64,000 nt of DNA from Octopus sinensis (lineage: Eukaryota). Location: assembly GCF_006345805.1 (NCBI RefSeq), contig NC_043015.1, positions 52,576,001 to 52,640,000 of the forward strand. Direction: 5' to 3'. Position 1 is the first letter of the stretch, and every line of letters begins with the position of its first letter. The translations under genes and the position numbers were made by a program. Shown here piece by piece: positions 1 to 12,675 of this stretch. Under the pieces are notes generated by a model. That model saw only the letters and a program-made list of their open reading frames with translations. It did no database searches and was not told the DNA's origin.

Positions 1-188
1 CTGTATGGACATACATACACAGGAGAGGATATATACACCACACGCAGACAAACATATATGCACAATGCAGACACAGCCTACATTGCACAAATACATAGAT
101 ACATACGCATAAAATCATTCATTACACACAGATGCACTCTTGACAATAGTATTCCAGTATAATGAACATAAACAAAAAAATTTTACAC

Positions 189-243
<55 letters not shown>

Positions 244-629
244 TACAAGCGCAACCATATACATACGTACACACACAATCATATACATATATACACATTT
301 ATGCCCTGTACCTTACACATACACCCACCGAGTAAAACAACAGAAAGAATAAAAATAAACCTAAAAAAACCTCTAAGAATGGAGCCAAAGAAATTATCAG
401 ATGAAATGAGATCTGAACAGGGAACTTTCTAGAAACAAAAAGAGTTTATAAATATAAAAAAAAATTAAGGAAAGAAAAATCTGGCATACTGTAATGATTA
501 TTAAAACTTTGAAGGCGGAGTCTAGACTGAATAAGAAGATATTAAAAATGAGAAAAAAGTGTGAAAATATAAAAAAAAAAAAAAAAGATAGCTATTATAT
601 CTGAACAAGATGGATAGCTGTGTGTGAAG

Positions 630-692
<63 letters not shown>

Positions 693-1251
693 TATATATA
701 TATATATATAAATACACACACACACAAATGGATGTAAGCTTTTCTGGTTGTATCATTTGAATTTCTCATTAATGGAGAGCCAGTTACTAGCTCAGGAATA
801 AGGATCTTTCATTGGAATTTAGACATCAGCCAGGTAGTGGTGTGTGCATGTACACATATAAGCATGCAAGCATATATGTATATACTGTGCAGGCACGAAT
901 TGGATTTCTTTTTATATATGGTTCTATATGTCTATATGTGTGCATATATGCACTTATTAGGTGCTAAACTTCTGGAATGTTACACATATTCTCAGAGCAA
1001 TGTTAATGGCTCGTTATAGCTGTAATTTATTAATTAGACAAGCCATGTTCTTTACTGTTTTGTGAAGCCCAATTTCTCAAGATCAATGTTGAGGTTGTGG
1101 GTGATGTATTAAAGTGCTCCAATGATTGTAAGTAATAGATTTAAATCGAGAGTATAGTTTTGGTGAAGGTTTATATGTATGTATGTCTTGTGTGTGCATG
1201 TATATACATGCATACATACATATATATATATATGGGTGTGTGTGTGTGTAA

Positions 1252-1555
1252 AGGTGCAAGGTTTAGTGGTTAGGGGCATTTGGCTCACAATCGTAAGGCT
1301 GTGAGTTTAATTCCCAGCACCACACTGTGTCCTTGAGCAAGACACTTTATTTCACATTGTTCCAGTTCACTCAGTTGGTGAAAATGGTTTGCGCTTGTAA
1401 TCCTCTAATTCAAAGGCCCAAACTTGTCACATTCTGTGCCATGCTAAATCTCCCTCTGAATGACATCAGTGGAGTGCTCAGTCATTTGCAAGTTAATTTC
1501 ACGAGCAGGCTTGTTCCACTGATCACATCAACTGGAACACACATCATTATAATTG
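1252..1555 (+). mobile_element. tRNA-derived CORE-type SINE (variant family A2)
   Basis: TTTAGTGGTTAGG head, GAGTTTAATTCCC box-B-like, GTGTCCTTGAGCAAGACACTTTATTTCACATTG core. A related head+core lies in reverse at about 6680-6792. Confidence 0.7.
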
Positions 1556-1814
1556 ACAGAAAGCCAGTATATATATATATATATGTATGTATATATATAT
1601 ATAATTATATGGGTGCGTAAGTATGTGCACATACACACATATATATATATGGATATGTAAGTATGCATGCACATACACACATGTTAAGTGTACTGCATCA
1701 CAGCAGTGAAACATTGGCACTAAATACAAAGAACATGTGGTGAAAATTGGAAAGAAATGAGGTGAATACTGGTGGATGTATAATGTATAATGTTACAGTG
1801 CATTAAGCAGAGAA

Positions 1815-2145
1815 CCGAAACGAGCTAAGAAAACCTGGGTATAAGAGAAATCAGATGTGGCATATGAAGGTGCAGACTGCACTGATAAGGACATGCGATC
1901 TGTGTAGAGGATGTCATTTGGTTAAAAAAAAAAAAAAGAATCAGCCAAGTGATCCAAGCAGAAGGAAGCCACACAAGGGGCAAAGTCAAGAAGAGCATCG
2001 TAAGAAGTGAAAGTTGGATCTCAGTAGAGTGAACCAATGAATGAGATAAGAAAGAACCATAACAGAGTGATATGTTGAAGAAAGTCCAGCTTAGCCATGC
2101 AAACATGGAGATGTAGACAAAGTAATAATGATAAAGATGACATGT
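1815..2145 (+). mobile_element. Decayed RTE LINE 3' end
   Basis: Degenerate match to the same RTE C-terminal DNA (GGTATAAGAGAAATCAGATGTGG...), ending CCATGCAAACATGGAG...ATGATAAAGATGA. Confidence 0.55.
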
Positions 2146-2264
2146 ACAGTTTATGTATCAATAAACACACACACATACATGCACACACAACCCAAGGACT
2201 ATGGCCATGTTAGAGCATGACTTATCTAGACATATTTGCACATGTCTTTGTGTACTGTGTATGT

Positions 2265-2302
<38 letters not shown>

Positions 2303-3348
2303 TGTGAAGCAAGAAGCCAGGATGCACAGTATATATAACTATACAAAGAGAGGAAGAAGGAAGTTGGGAAGAGAGGAAATGATATGAAGAAACGAGTAGG
2401 AATGACAAGGGTGGTAACAGCAACAACAACAACCCAACAGAAGAAACAACTAAGATGAACAGAAAGAAATAAAATCATTTCTTCATTCTACTTGTCCATA
2501 CTCATTTATTGTCGTGTTACACCCAAGAGATGCATTGAGGTAGACACCATTTATTACAGCAATTCACACACACACGAAAACTGCGACACATGAACACCTC
2601 AATATGCAGACATCCTTTGCATGTTTTTGCCTGTGTGTGCGTGTACACATATAAACATAAGCATATACACAAATATGTATATGTATATATGTATGTGTGT
2701 ACATATATATATATTTCACTTAGGCAGTGTGAAACTAATAACCTCGTGTAGAACTCAATATACGCATACTTCAAAACGAAGCGTTAGTCGAGTACAATAA
2801 GATGACAAAAGAATAAGCGATCACTAACAGGATCTATCAGTAAAAATATGTATATGCTGACGTGTGTGTGTGTGTGTCTGTGGGTATATTCACATGTGTA
2901 GGTATATGCATACATATATATTTTTACTGTGGAGCCTGGTGCAGCCTCCTGGCTTGGCAGTCCCCAGTCAAACAGTCCAAACCATGCCAGCATGGAAAAT
3001 GGATATTAAACAATGATAATGATATCTAATTACTGCTTCTCTATATTTGAGTATACCTATCCTTATACACACTTCAGCATTAATCTTTTTCTATTTATGG
3101 GAGGGAGCTCCTGGGTTTTGTTTTCTCATATCCATGTTTGTTTTCTCATTGGTAATGCATTTCTGTGTGTATGCATAAATGTAAATGCTTTTTTCCAAAT
3201 ATATAGTACTTCATACTTTGAGGTGTTCCGATGAAGCTACAAGGTGCTACTCAGGTACTCAACTATGAGCATCTTATAGTAGAAGCAGTTGTAAGCTACT
3301 GAAATTCATAAGATGATTGTTTTTTCTTTTGTCATTGCATTTTCTTAT

Positions 3349-3382
<34 letters not shown>

Positions 3383-3849
3383 GTATATATATTTAGGTAA
3401 GTAGAGTTAGCAGTTGGAGTAACCATATACAGATATACATATACATACATATATATATACACACACACACACACATATATGTAGAGGGTGTGTGGTTAAG
3501 TTCACATTGGAACTACATGGTTTAAGGTTTGTTCCTAGCATGTTGACCATTGGCAGGAATCAACTGTCCCATCAACAAGTTCAACAAAGTCTTGTGAGTA
3601 AAATTTGATAGATGGAAACTATGTTGAAGCCCGTCATGTGTGTATGTGTATTTATGTATATGAATGTTGTGTGCATTTCCCACGTCTTAAACATGTGCAC
3701 ACTAATTGTAAACAAGATCTACTATCATACAAAAATAGTATTGGTTGTTAACAGCTCATTGCCCCAAACCATGTCTGCCAATTGAGCAGCTTGCTGTTCA
3801 AAGGACAAAGTTCAGCTTATTACCTCACTTGAAATGCATATAGTTGTGA

Positions 3850-4040
3850 CATACTGTAGCCCGGTTTTCTTGATCTGTCATGGTTGTCCACCAGAAGTTG
3901 GGTGTCCACTAATAATTTGCCTGTCCATTTCTTGACAAGGTCTGTCCAACTTTTCCTTTGTCCACTTCTTAGTTTCCTTTCGACAGTTCTTTGAAGAATG
4001 GTTTTTGAAAAGTCATTATATCGTGTGACGCTGCCCAACT
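3850..4040 (-). mobile_element. RTE-type LINE C-terminal fragment
   Basis: GSVTRYNDFSKTILQRTVERKLRSGQRKSWTDLVKKWTG resembles the RTE/BovB C-terminal pattern GHV.R...L.K.ILQG.VEG.RR.GR.RK.W.D.IK.WTG. Confidence 0.7.
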
Positions 4041-4209
4041 ATTTTAGCTTTCTTTTCTTCTCCAACACACACAGACACATCCTTTTATATATACACACAC
4101 ACACACCGAATACTTGTTTCTAATAAAGGCACAAGGCCTGAAAAGGGGTGATTACAGTGATCGCAGTGCTTGAATGGTACTTTAGTTTATCATCCCCACC
4201 ACTCACCCA

Positions 4210-5560
4210 AAGTTAATAACAACTACAACAACAACAACAGAAGCAGCAATAGCAGAGATCAACCCACAATGCACTCAGCCACCTTTTTTGTTTGTTAATT
4301 CCTGCTGCTGTCCTCACACTCTATAGTGCAAGCTACACCACCAAGATAGCCTACCAGCTACCCACCACCAATCCTTTCTAGGCCTTCTTAATACAATTCC
4401 CATTTCCACTCTGTCTATGTAACACCCAGCCAGTTCTGCCCACTACCCACTGCCCCATGTAGAGATGAAGAAAAGACTGGCTGCAACTCTGTCCCCTTGA
4501 GAGTGCTGTACCCTTCTGCTTAAGTCTTTCACACCTTCCTGATTTCTTCAGCACCACCGCTGCCATCCATCTATACATCACTATTCTAGACACCATCACC
4601 CTACTTGAGACAGCTACATTGCCCAAACCAAGTTCAAGACAATATATTTTTGCAGTCTGTCTCCTTTAAGCCTCCACCTTCCCCATCCAGGTTACCACCA
4701 CCACTACAACTGTCATCACCACAACACTAGCATAATTACCCCCACCATAAACACTGCTACAGTAAACAGCACCACCACTTACACCGACAGCAACTATAAT
4801 CTTCACCATCATTATCAACATTATCACTAGCAACTCCATAAGCATCACTACCCTCACTTAAAACAGCAGCAGCACCACCACCAATTAAAGCTACCAGTGC
4901 TATTATACCACTACACTGTTGGCACACTGTTTATACCATCGGTACAAACACCACTGCTTCACAAATCCACATTACTACTTCTACTACCACCACCACTTAC
5001 ACTATGAACACTACCACCACTGCTTATAATATACAATCAGGACTGTCACCACTACAACACCAACACTACCAGCACAACTACAGCCTTCACCACTGCCAAC
5101 ACATCTGTAATACTACCACTATAACTACCACAGTCTTCACCATCAACACCTCCATCCCACCACCACCACTAACACCTATACACCACAATGAGATAAGCCA
5201 ATCATGCAATTCAAATTTACTTCTTTGCTCCACCTTTATAAAGGACCCTTCCTCTGCTGGTGCCTTCAATATCACCACCATCATTGAACCACTCCCTATA
5301 CTGAGACACACACACACACACACACACATATATTTACATAGAGACACAAACATACACACTTCCTAAAGAGCTCCAATTCCTTCTGGGCACAATCTCCTAC
5401 ACACACACACTTCTGCCAACCTCATTAGACAACACCCACCAATAACACCACCCTCACAGCTACTGACATCACATACGCACATCCTTCTGCCCACCGTTAC
5501 CATCACCAGCACCACCACCACCACACAAACAAACCAATGTGCATGCAGCTCATTCTCAGA
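4210..5560. repeat. Degenerate ACC/ACT/AAC trinucleotide low-complexity tract
   Basis: About 1.35 kb of CACCACCAC/ACTACA-rich sequence; it generates the T/H/V-rich pseudo-ORFs. Confidence 0.8.
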
Positions 5561-5985
5561 AAACGACCATATTAAACCCTCTGCCCACCACAAACCTCAC
5601 ATTCCCTTCCAGCACACTTTTGACTTCAGTCTCAACATCATTACATAAAACAGAAACAGGAAGTCTTCAGAGCAGTACAGAGCAAACCAGACAAGACAAA
5701 GTAGAACACCACCCCAGTCCAACTAAGCCAGACCAAACAGGAAGTCCAGTGTCTGTAAGAGACATCTTACAAACTTTTAACTATTGATTTTTTTTTACAC
5801 ATCCATGTGTATTCTCTATGTTTAATAGAACAGTGACTAGCATAGAGGGGTGGTAAATTGCTGGTTAGACAAGTTTGCAATGCAGTTTCTAATCCTGAAT
5901 GAGCTGTTTTACTTGATCTCACATGAAATGTTTATGGCAGAGTGATAGCTATATTGCAGTGCTAAATTATTAGTTAAACAAGTCT

Positions 5986-6215
5986 TTAACCCTTTTGATA
6001 CCAACCTGTCTGAAACCGCCACTGGTTCTGTAGTACAAATGTCCTGTTTTCAAAAGTTCTGAATTAAAATCTTCCACAAAACCCTAGTCACAATTTATAT
6101 TCCTAATCCTAGCTTAATGATAACTAAGTTAGCTTATTAAATTCTTTGTTATATTTAAAATTAATTGAAAGAACCACAGAGCATCTCAACAGAAATATGG
6201 TAATAAAAGGGTTAA
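5986..6215. mobile_element. piggyBac-type MITE (222 bp) with TTAA target-site duplication
   Basis: TTAA|CCCTTTTGATACCA at the left and TGGTAATAAAAGGG|TTAA at the right: imperfect TIRs starting CCCTTTT, TTAA at 5986-5989 and 6212-6215, AT-rich non-coding interior. Confidence 0.85.
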
Positions 6216-6847
6216 GGTAGATTCCATTCTTAAATGAGCTATGGTACTCCAACGACATTCTTGACACACTACATAGAAAAATGACGATGTCTATTTAAGA
6301 CCACTATGGGTTATATCCAAATATTCCTCACTGAATTTAAACTTTTATTAGATAGGTTTTCTTTAAAAGATAAAATCTAAGTTCAAAACATCAGGATTCA
6401 ATAACATACAAACTTAGAAAAAAATAAAATAATTAATAAGAAAGAAACAAAAAAAAAAGCAACAGAACTAATGTAGATATACTATAACCACAACTGTCAC
6501 TCAGAATCAAGGATACCATGGTAGTATGCACCAAACTTTCTCTAATAGTTTTATATGCGTAAGTACTTGGGAGTAGACAAATACACTCTCTTGACCCAAC
6601 CCCAGTCTTGATCCTGGATGAACACCCAGAATGTAAAAACTGGATTATGAAAGGGTTGCACCAACAACTGGCTGGTTGTCACTGGAGCAATATGAAATAA
6701 AGTACTTTACTCAAAAGCACAACACACTGCCTACTTTAACAATTGAACCCATGGCCTTATGATCACCAATTCAGTAGTGTAACTACTAGGCCAAATACTG
6801 TGTGTGCATGTGTATGAGTGCTCAGACACACTCATCTAAATAAATAT

Positions 6848-7190
6848 ACACACACTCATCATTTAATGAATATGTTTCCATGCTTGCATGAGATGAAGAG
6901 ATCTTCTCCAGTACAGTCTCACCATTTGAGGTAGACCCTTTGTCATCTTCACAAGGTTCAGCCTCCCAAAAATCAGTTTCCTCACAGCTTTCCATGTCTT
7001 TCTCTCCCATGAATATTTTGTCCCTTCCTTACTGCCCATCCGCCACCCCATGCCTTACCTTATGGCCACACTAGCTTAGTCTTGTTTTGTGGACATGAAA
7101 TCTGATTGCTCTTATACATAGATTATCTCTCAGCTCATTTGCGATCTATTGTTCATGCACACTGACAAAACATTCTGACTTTGCATTCTT
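6848..7190 (-). mobile_element. Decayed RTE LINE 3' end with ATG-repeat tail
   Basis: The minus strand resembles the 27.8-28.1 kb LINE piece (GTCAGTGTGCATGAAC...GAGCTGAGAGA...TATAAGAG) and ends CATGCAAGCATGGAAAC...TTAAATGATGA. Confidence 0.65.
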
Positions 7191-7525
7191 TTTTTATTTT
7201 ATCACACATCCTCTACATTCAATGTCCGGGTTTCACTAGCATGTAACATCAATTTGTACACAAGCATTATACAATCTCTCCATCATGATACTTAGAAAAA
7301 AAGTCTGTGATATGTGTGTGTAGTGATACACACACACACAGTATGGCTTAGTGACAAAGAATTTATGGTATGTATCTTATGAATTAATGGAATAGACATT
7401 AATGTAAACAATATCAAACATTGTCACATCTGTAAATAACCATCTGAAATGAAAGGGTCTTTTGTTCATTTTCGATTTCAAATTAGTATTTACAGATGTA
7501 TGTCTCTGAGCATGTGTATACACAT

Positions 7526-7568
<43 letters not shown>

Positions 7569-7669
7569 GACACACACACATATACATATGATATGTTTAT
7601 TATTCTGTTTAGTCACCTATACAGAAACATTCAGGCACAAACAACACACTAAAGTTCTCTCTGTCTCTT

Positions 7670-7723
<54 letters not shown>

Positions 7724-7783
7724 TACATATCACACACACATACATATCTATGTATGTACATATATATACATATATACAAACAT

Positions 7784-7814
<31 letters not shown>

Positions 7815-7836
7815 CATATACAAACATACATATACA

Positions 7837-7873
<37 letters not shown>

Positions 7874-8118
7874 TCAATATGTTATATGAGATCACTACAC
7901 ACAGAAACATCCTTGCATTAAAAAAAACAACATATATATATTATGATGATTATATATTTGTGGCCTGAAAGGCATACATGCGTATTATGGATTTTCTTAT
8001 TCAGCATAAATACATGAATATACATACATGCAAGCATATATGTATATATGGATAATACATGTGTGTAAGTGTTTATACACATGCACATACACAAAGAAAC
8101 CTAAAGAATTTGAATACA

Positions 8119-8160
<42 letters not shown>

Positions 8161-8599
8161 CACACACACACATATATAAGTATACACGCACACACATGCA
8201 CATTCACGCACACACACATAAACATAAAAACAACAAACAAAGCGGTATTGAAGTGATGTATCCCTCTTGGTGGAGAGAAATCAGTTCCCTTTTGGTTTCT
8301 TCCCCCAACATTTCTCTTCTTATTTGTTTTGGCATTCAACACTAACACTACACAGGGTTAAATAAGGAAACTATAAAACAGTGCTTATAAGATAGATAGA
8401 TGGATTAAATAGAGAGAAATACATATACATAGATAAGTATATACATATATATATTCCTGAGAGACAGACAGAGAGGAAAGGCAGAGATGCTAATTAAAAA
8501 ATGTGCTACACGCAAATAGGAGAATGGTTAATGGATTTTGAAGAAATATCATGTGAGAAAAGAAGATAGAAATAAAAGTAAACTTGGCAAATAATTCAT

Positions 8600-8902
8600 A
8601 TATAAAAAAAAATTAATAATAGTAAAAATAATGGTGATAATTAAAATAATGTTGCTATTAATAATAATAATAATATAATAATAATAATAATAATAATAAT
8701 AACCATAAACGATTTCAATTAAAATGACAGGTGTGAAAAAAAGTTTTTTGTTTAAGGGAAAAAATCCAAAAGAAAAAAAAATAATAAAATTTAACAATAA
8801 CCACCAACAACAACAGCAACAACAAAACACACATACTAAGTTTTTAAGGCACTGCTTGTCATAGCACTTCTGGTTACAGTAACAATAATAATAAGAATAG
8901 GC

Positions 8903-8943
<41 letters not shown>

Positions 8944-9130
8944 TAATAATAAGACTACTTAATAATAGTGGTAGTAGTAATAATAATAATGATAATAATA
9001 ATAATGATAATAATCACAATAATAATAATCACAATAAACAAATAATAATAATAATAATAATATTGTAATCATAAATAAAAATACTATAATAACGAATAAC
9101 AAAAAACTTATAAAAATATAAAGTATAATA
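8600..9130. repeat. (AAT)n-rich microsatellite region
   Basis: Long interrupted AATAATAAT arrays. Confidence 0.9.
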
Positions 9131-10304
9131 AAAAATCCTGGAAGTGGAGTTGTGTGTGTGTGTGTGTGTGTGTGCATACCCATCCATGTATGTATGACTG
9201 TACGTGTCTCTATGTGTAAGTATGTGTCAGTTCGTTAGTGAGTGTGTGTTTTTGTATATGCCAGGAAATGTGTTTGTGCATTACAAAGGAAAACGAAATT
9301 AAACCTATCAGTTTTTGATAACCCTCCCATGACCCCTTAGTTCCTAACAAAATGAATAAATAAATAATACCCAGTTCATGTAATTTTCAAAGTAATGAAG
9401 AATTTGGAGGTATTTTAATAAAAACAACAAACTGACTATTATTTTATTATCAAGCCATTATTTGGAACATAATGCAAAATGTTGGTAAATTACAGTTACA
9501 ACTGACGGCTTATAAATAAATACTTCTGTATAAGTATTTCTGTAGTACAGAATGAAAGGTAATGTTAGGCAGACTGAAGGATAACAAGACATTTGTATAA
9601 AAGTACAACACTAAGTTTTGTTTCTCTTGTGGCGGGAGGTGCTGGTTACTGAATAAGGAATAATTTATTGGAATGAAACATGTTCTTGGTACATCTTAAA
9701 TATTGTTTCTATAACTTTCTCTATTCACCCTTCTTTGAAGATTTGAAAAATGTGGAAGTCGAATCCAGCAGGTTTCTGAGCTTGGAGCCAAGTATCACTA
9801 AATAAAATGTCCCTCAGTAATCTAACTTTCAACTGTCTTAGCCAGTTGACAGTGACAAAAATTCTAACATAATTCCAGTGTGTGGCATCTTGAGTTGGTA
9901 TCTTCTTCTATAGCCATGAATGAAACTTGATAGCAACCTTGTAGAAGCCAATAATGAACTCTACTTACAGTTCTTTCAACAGCAGATATATTGTACTGCA
10001 TATTTATAAATATTATATTAACATAATTAATGTTGCAGTAATCAGAAGTAGTCAAGTGATTATTTTTCTAGGAGGAGGTGGGGACTGATGCTATGCAGTT
10101 ATCAGGGTCCAGGCTTGATTGGGCGAACATGTCAATGTGACAATTTGTTTAGTTACACTACACTTTCCGAATGTAGTTTCAACCCTGTGTTTCAACAGAA
10201 TAAATGAGGCAGAGTAAAGGACAATATTCAGGTTTAAAACTGCCATAGGTGTTTGAGATACCTGAACAAACTTTGAAATAATAGTAGTAATAATAATTTA
10301 TTTT

Positions 10305-10433
10305 ATTTTCTTTTTCTACTCTAGGCACAAGGCCTGAAATTTTGGAGGAGGTGGAGGGAGTCGATTTGATCAACGCCAGTATGCAACTAGTACTTAATTT
10401 ATTGACCCCCCCCCATGCTAACGTTTCTGCCAG
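10305..10433 (-). mobile_element. SINE family B, internally deleted copy
   Basis: Tail GCACAAGGCCTGAAATTTTGG...ATTGACCCC is joined directly to head CATGCTAACGTTTCTGCCAG; the central/box-B segment is missing. Confidence 0.75.
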
Positions 10434-11094
10434 TAATAACAACAACAATAACAGTAATTAGTAACTACCAGAAGAGATAGACAAAAACAACTGTTATTCT
10501 GTTTACTTTTTCAGCCTGGCATCTCTCATATGTCGTATTTCATGTGAAATATTGATGTCTATTTCACTATAATGGTCATATTACTATATCCCATATAGCT
10601 ATCATTATCATGTGACATATCTTAATGTCAGCTTGACATCAATCACAACAATATTTAGTAATAAATTCAATACAAAACTAAGATACTAAAATATCGAACA
10701 AACTCAATATGATAACCTTTCCGACGTGTATATTATCTTGCAACATTCATGTCTATACTAACATTATTTGAAATCATTATTTACCGAGCTTTAAAAATAC
10801 AATCTATATAATCACTATTATAATGGGCATCAGTAATTGAGGTAGTGAAATAGCAGTGTGATAGTGAAGACATCCTTCACAAGAGAACTGCAGCATTACC
10901 TCATACCTATGCATTAAATTCATCTCAAAACAATAGACATGGAAGCAGCACTGTATTAAAAGTCATACTGAAAACCAATGCACCTTGTAACTATTTCAAT
11001 AACTACCTCCTTCACAGAGACAAATAAATGGCAGGTTTAAGTATGAGCTTAAGAATGCAGGTTATTCACCCTGCCAACCAACAGTTTACAACAG

Positions 11095-11152
11095 AGTAAA
11101 CACATAGGTTATATAACAGACATGGTTGTATTAGACTTTAATATATTTTATT
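11095..11152 (-). terminator. Candidate polyadenylation site of the short mbl isoform
   Basis: AATAAA at 11152-11147, CA dinucleotide about 24 nt downstream (near 11123), then a GU/U-rich element TGTCTGTT...TGTGTTTACTCTGTTGT. A second AATAAA lies at 11252-11247. Confidence 0.45.
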
Positions 11153-11291
11153 AAGAGTTTTTACATATTTCTACATAAGTCTTTGATATTTAATTCAGGA
11201 AAATAAGGTGTTCTGAAACCTATTAACATTTCCTCAATTTCTTGGCTTTATTGACAGCACAAAGTAGTGAGAGTGGCACGAGTGCTGTGTC

Positions 11292-11328
<37 letters not shown>

Positions 11329-11737
11329 TATGAATATATATATCTCTTGAATCTGAAATGGAAAACTTCACTCAGAAGTTTTTGTGCCAAGACCTCAACG
11401 ACCGTTGCACTTCATCAGCTTATGAAAGCTTTATGCACAGAAACTCAAAGGCCTGAATGCTATGCATGCGCCATTTAATAAATTTAATTCCCTATTTCCA
11501 ACAATATTGAGGTCAAATTCTTTTGTCATTATGCGTGGTTCAATGATATATGCAAAAATATATAATATAATATAATACAATATAAAACTAAAAGTTTCGA
11601 CAAGTACTGGGAACAATCTAAGTTATTTTACTGCTTCACAATTACCGGTATAACTATTTATTGTTTCGGTCAAAAATTAGTGTTTTCATTCCTTCATGGA
11701 TGAGTTCATGCATGTGTTTGTTTATTTATTTACCTAC

Positions 11738-11809
<72 letters not shown>

Positions 11810-12152
11810 GATGTGAGTAGGATTCAATGATTGTAACTGTATAATTTTGTGTTCATGTCTGTGTGAGGGTGTCACAGTTCCGCTTCTTTCAAAGAGAGAT
11901 CACAAGCTTTAGCATTTTACACTTGTAAATATATTGTCCAACATATGCAAGACTTACATGCACTGCCTAATGATCAACCTTTGACAATGCATCTCGTAGT
12001 AATTGCATCATTTTGTTCTTGTTAAAAGTAAAATTATCTACAGAAGCTACACTTTTTAAAACTGATTTTTCAAAAAAAAATTTTTTAATTAAAATTCAGT
12101 CTAAGGATAAAAAATGAATAATTAAATAATAATAATAATAATAAAAATAGTA

Positions 12153-12202
<50 letters not shown>

Positions 12203-12675
12203 GACAACATCAATGGCAATCTGTGTTTTCAAAATTGGGAAAAGAAATTTGAATGAAAAAAAGAACGAAAGAAGAAAAACGTTTCATTTACTACTGAAAG
12301 AATTTAGACTAAAAACAAAGTTGAATTTTTACACCCTTTCCTTGTTCCTTCAAACCATTTATATATATTTTTTCTTTACAAAACACCAATAACTCCTTAA
12401 TGTTTGTGCTTTTGCACCCCTGTTCCCTATTTTTTCCTCCAGTTTTGTTTTTAAACTCATAGAATTTTCTTTTTTTTTTATATATATAAATTTCTATATA
12501 TTTTTTCTACTTTTATTTTTTTTTTGGCAAAAAATTCAAAAACAAAATTTGCAGAAACAATTTTGTTAAATAATGTGAGAGAAAAATATTAACCATTTCA
12601 AAAATTAAAAAAAAAACTGATAATGATGCTAATATGTGGGTTTTTTTTTTTTTTATAGTGGGGCTGCTGCTGCTG

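Noticed and set aside
140-725. ORFs rich in YIYI/THTH/CVCV (also 7377-8348, 22477-22918, 36463-36895, 42201-42628, 50103-50685)
   Set aside because: These are translations of (TA)n/(CA)n microsatellites, which lack stops in some frames; no coding signature.
4378-5787. T/H/V/M-rich ORFs (also 25246-26408 and 26668-27087)
   Set aside because: Products of degenerate trinucleotide low-complexity DNA.
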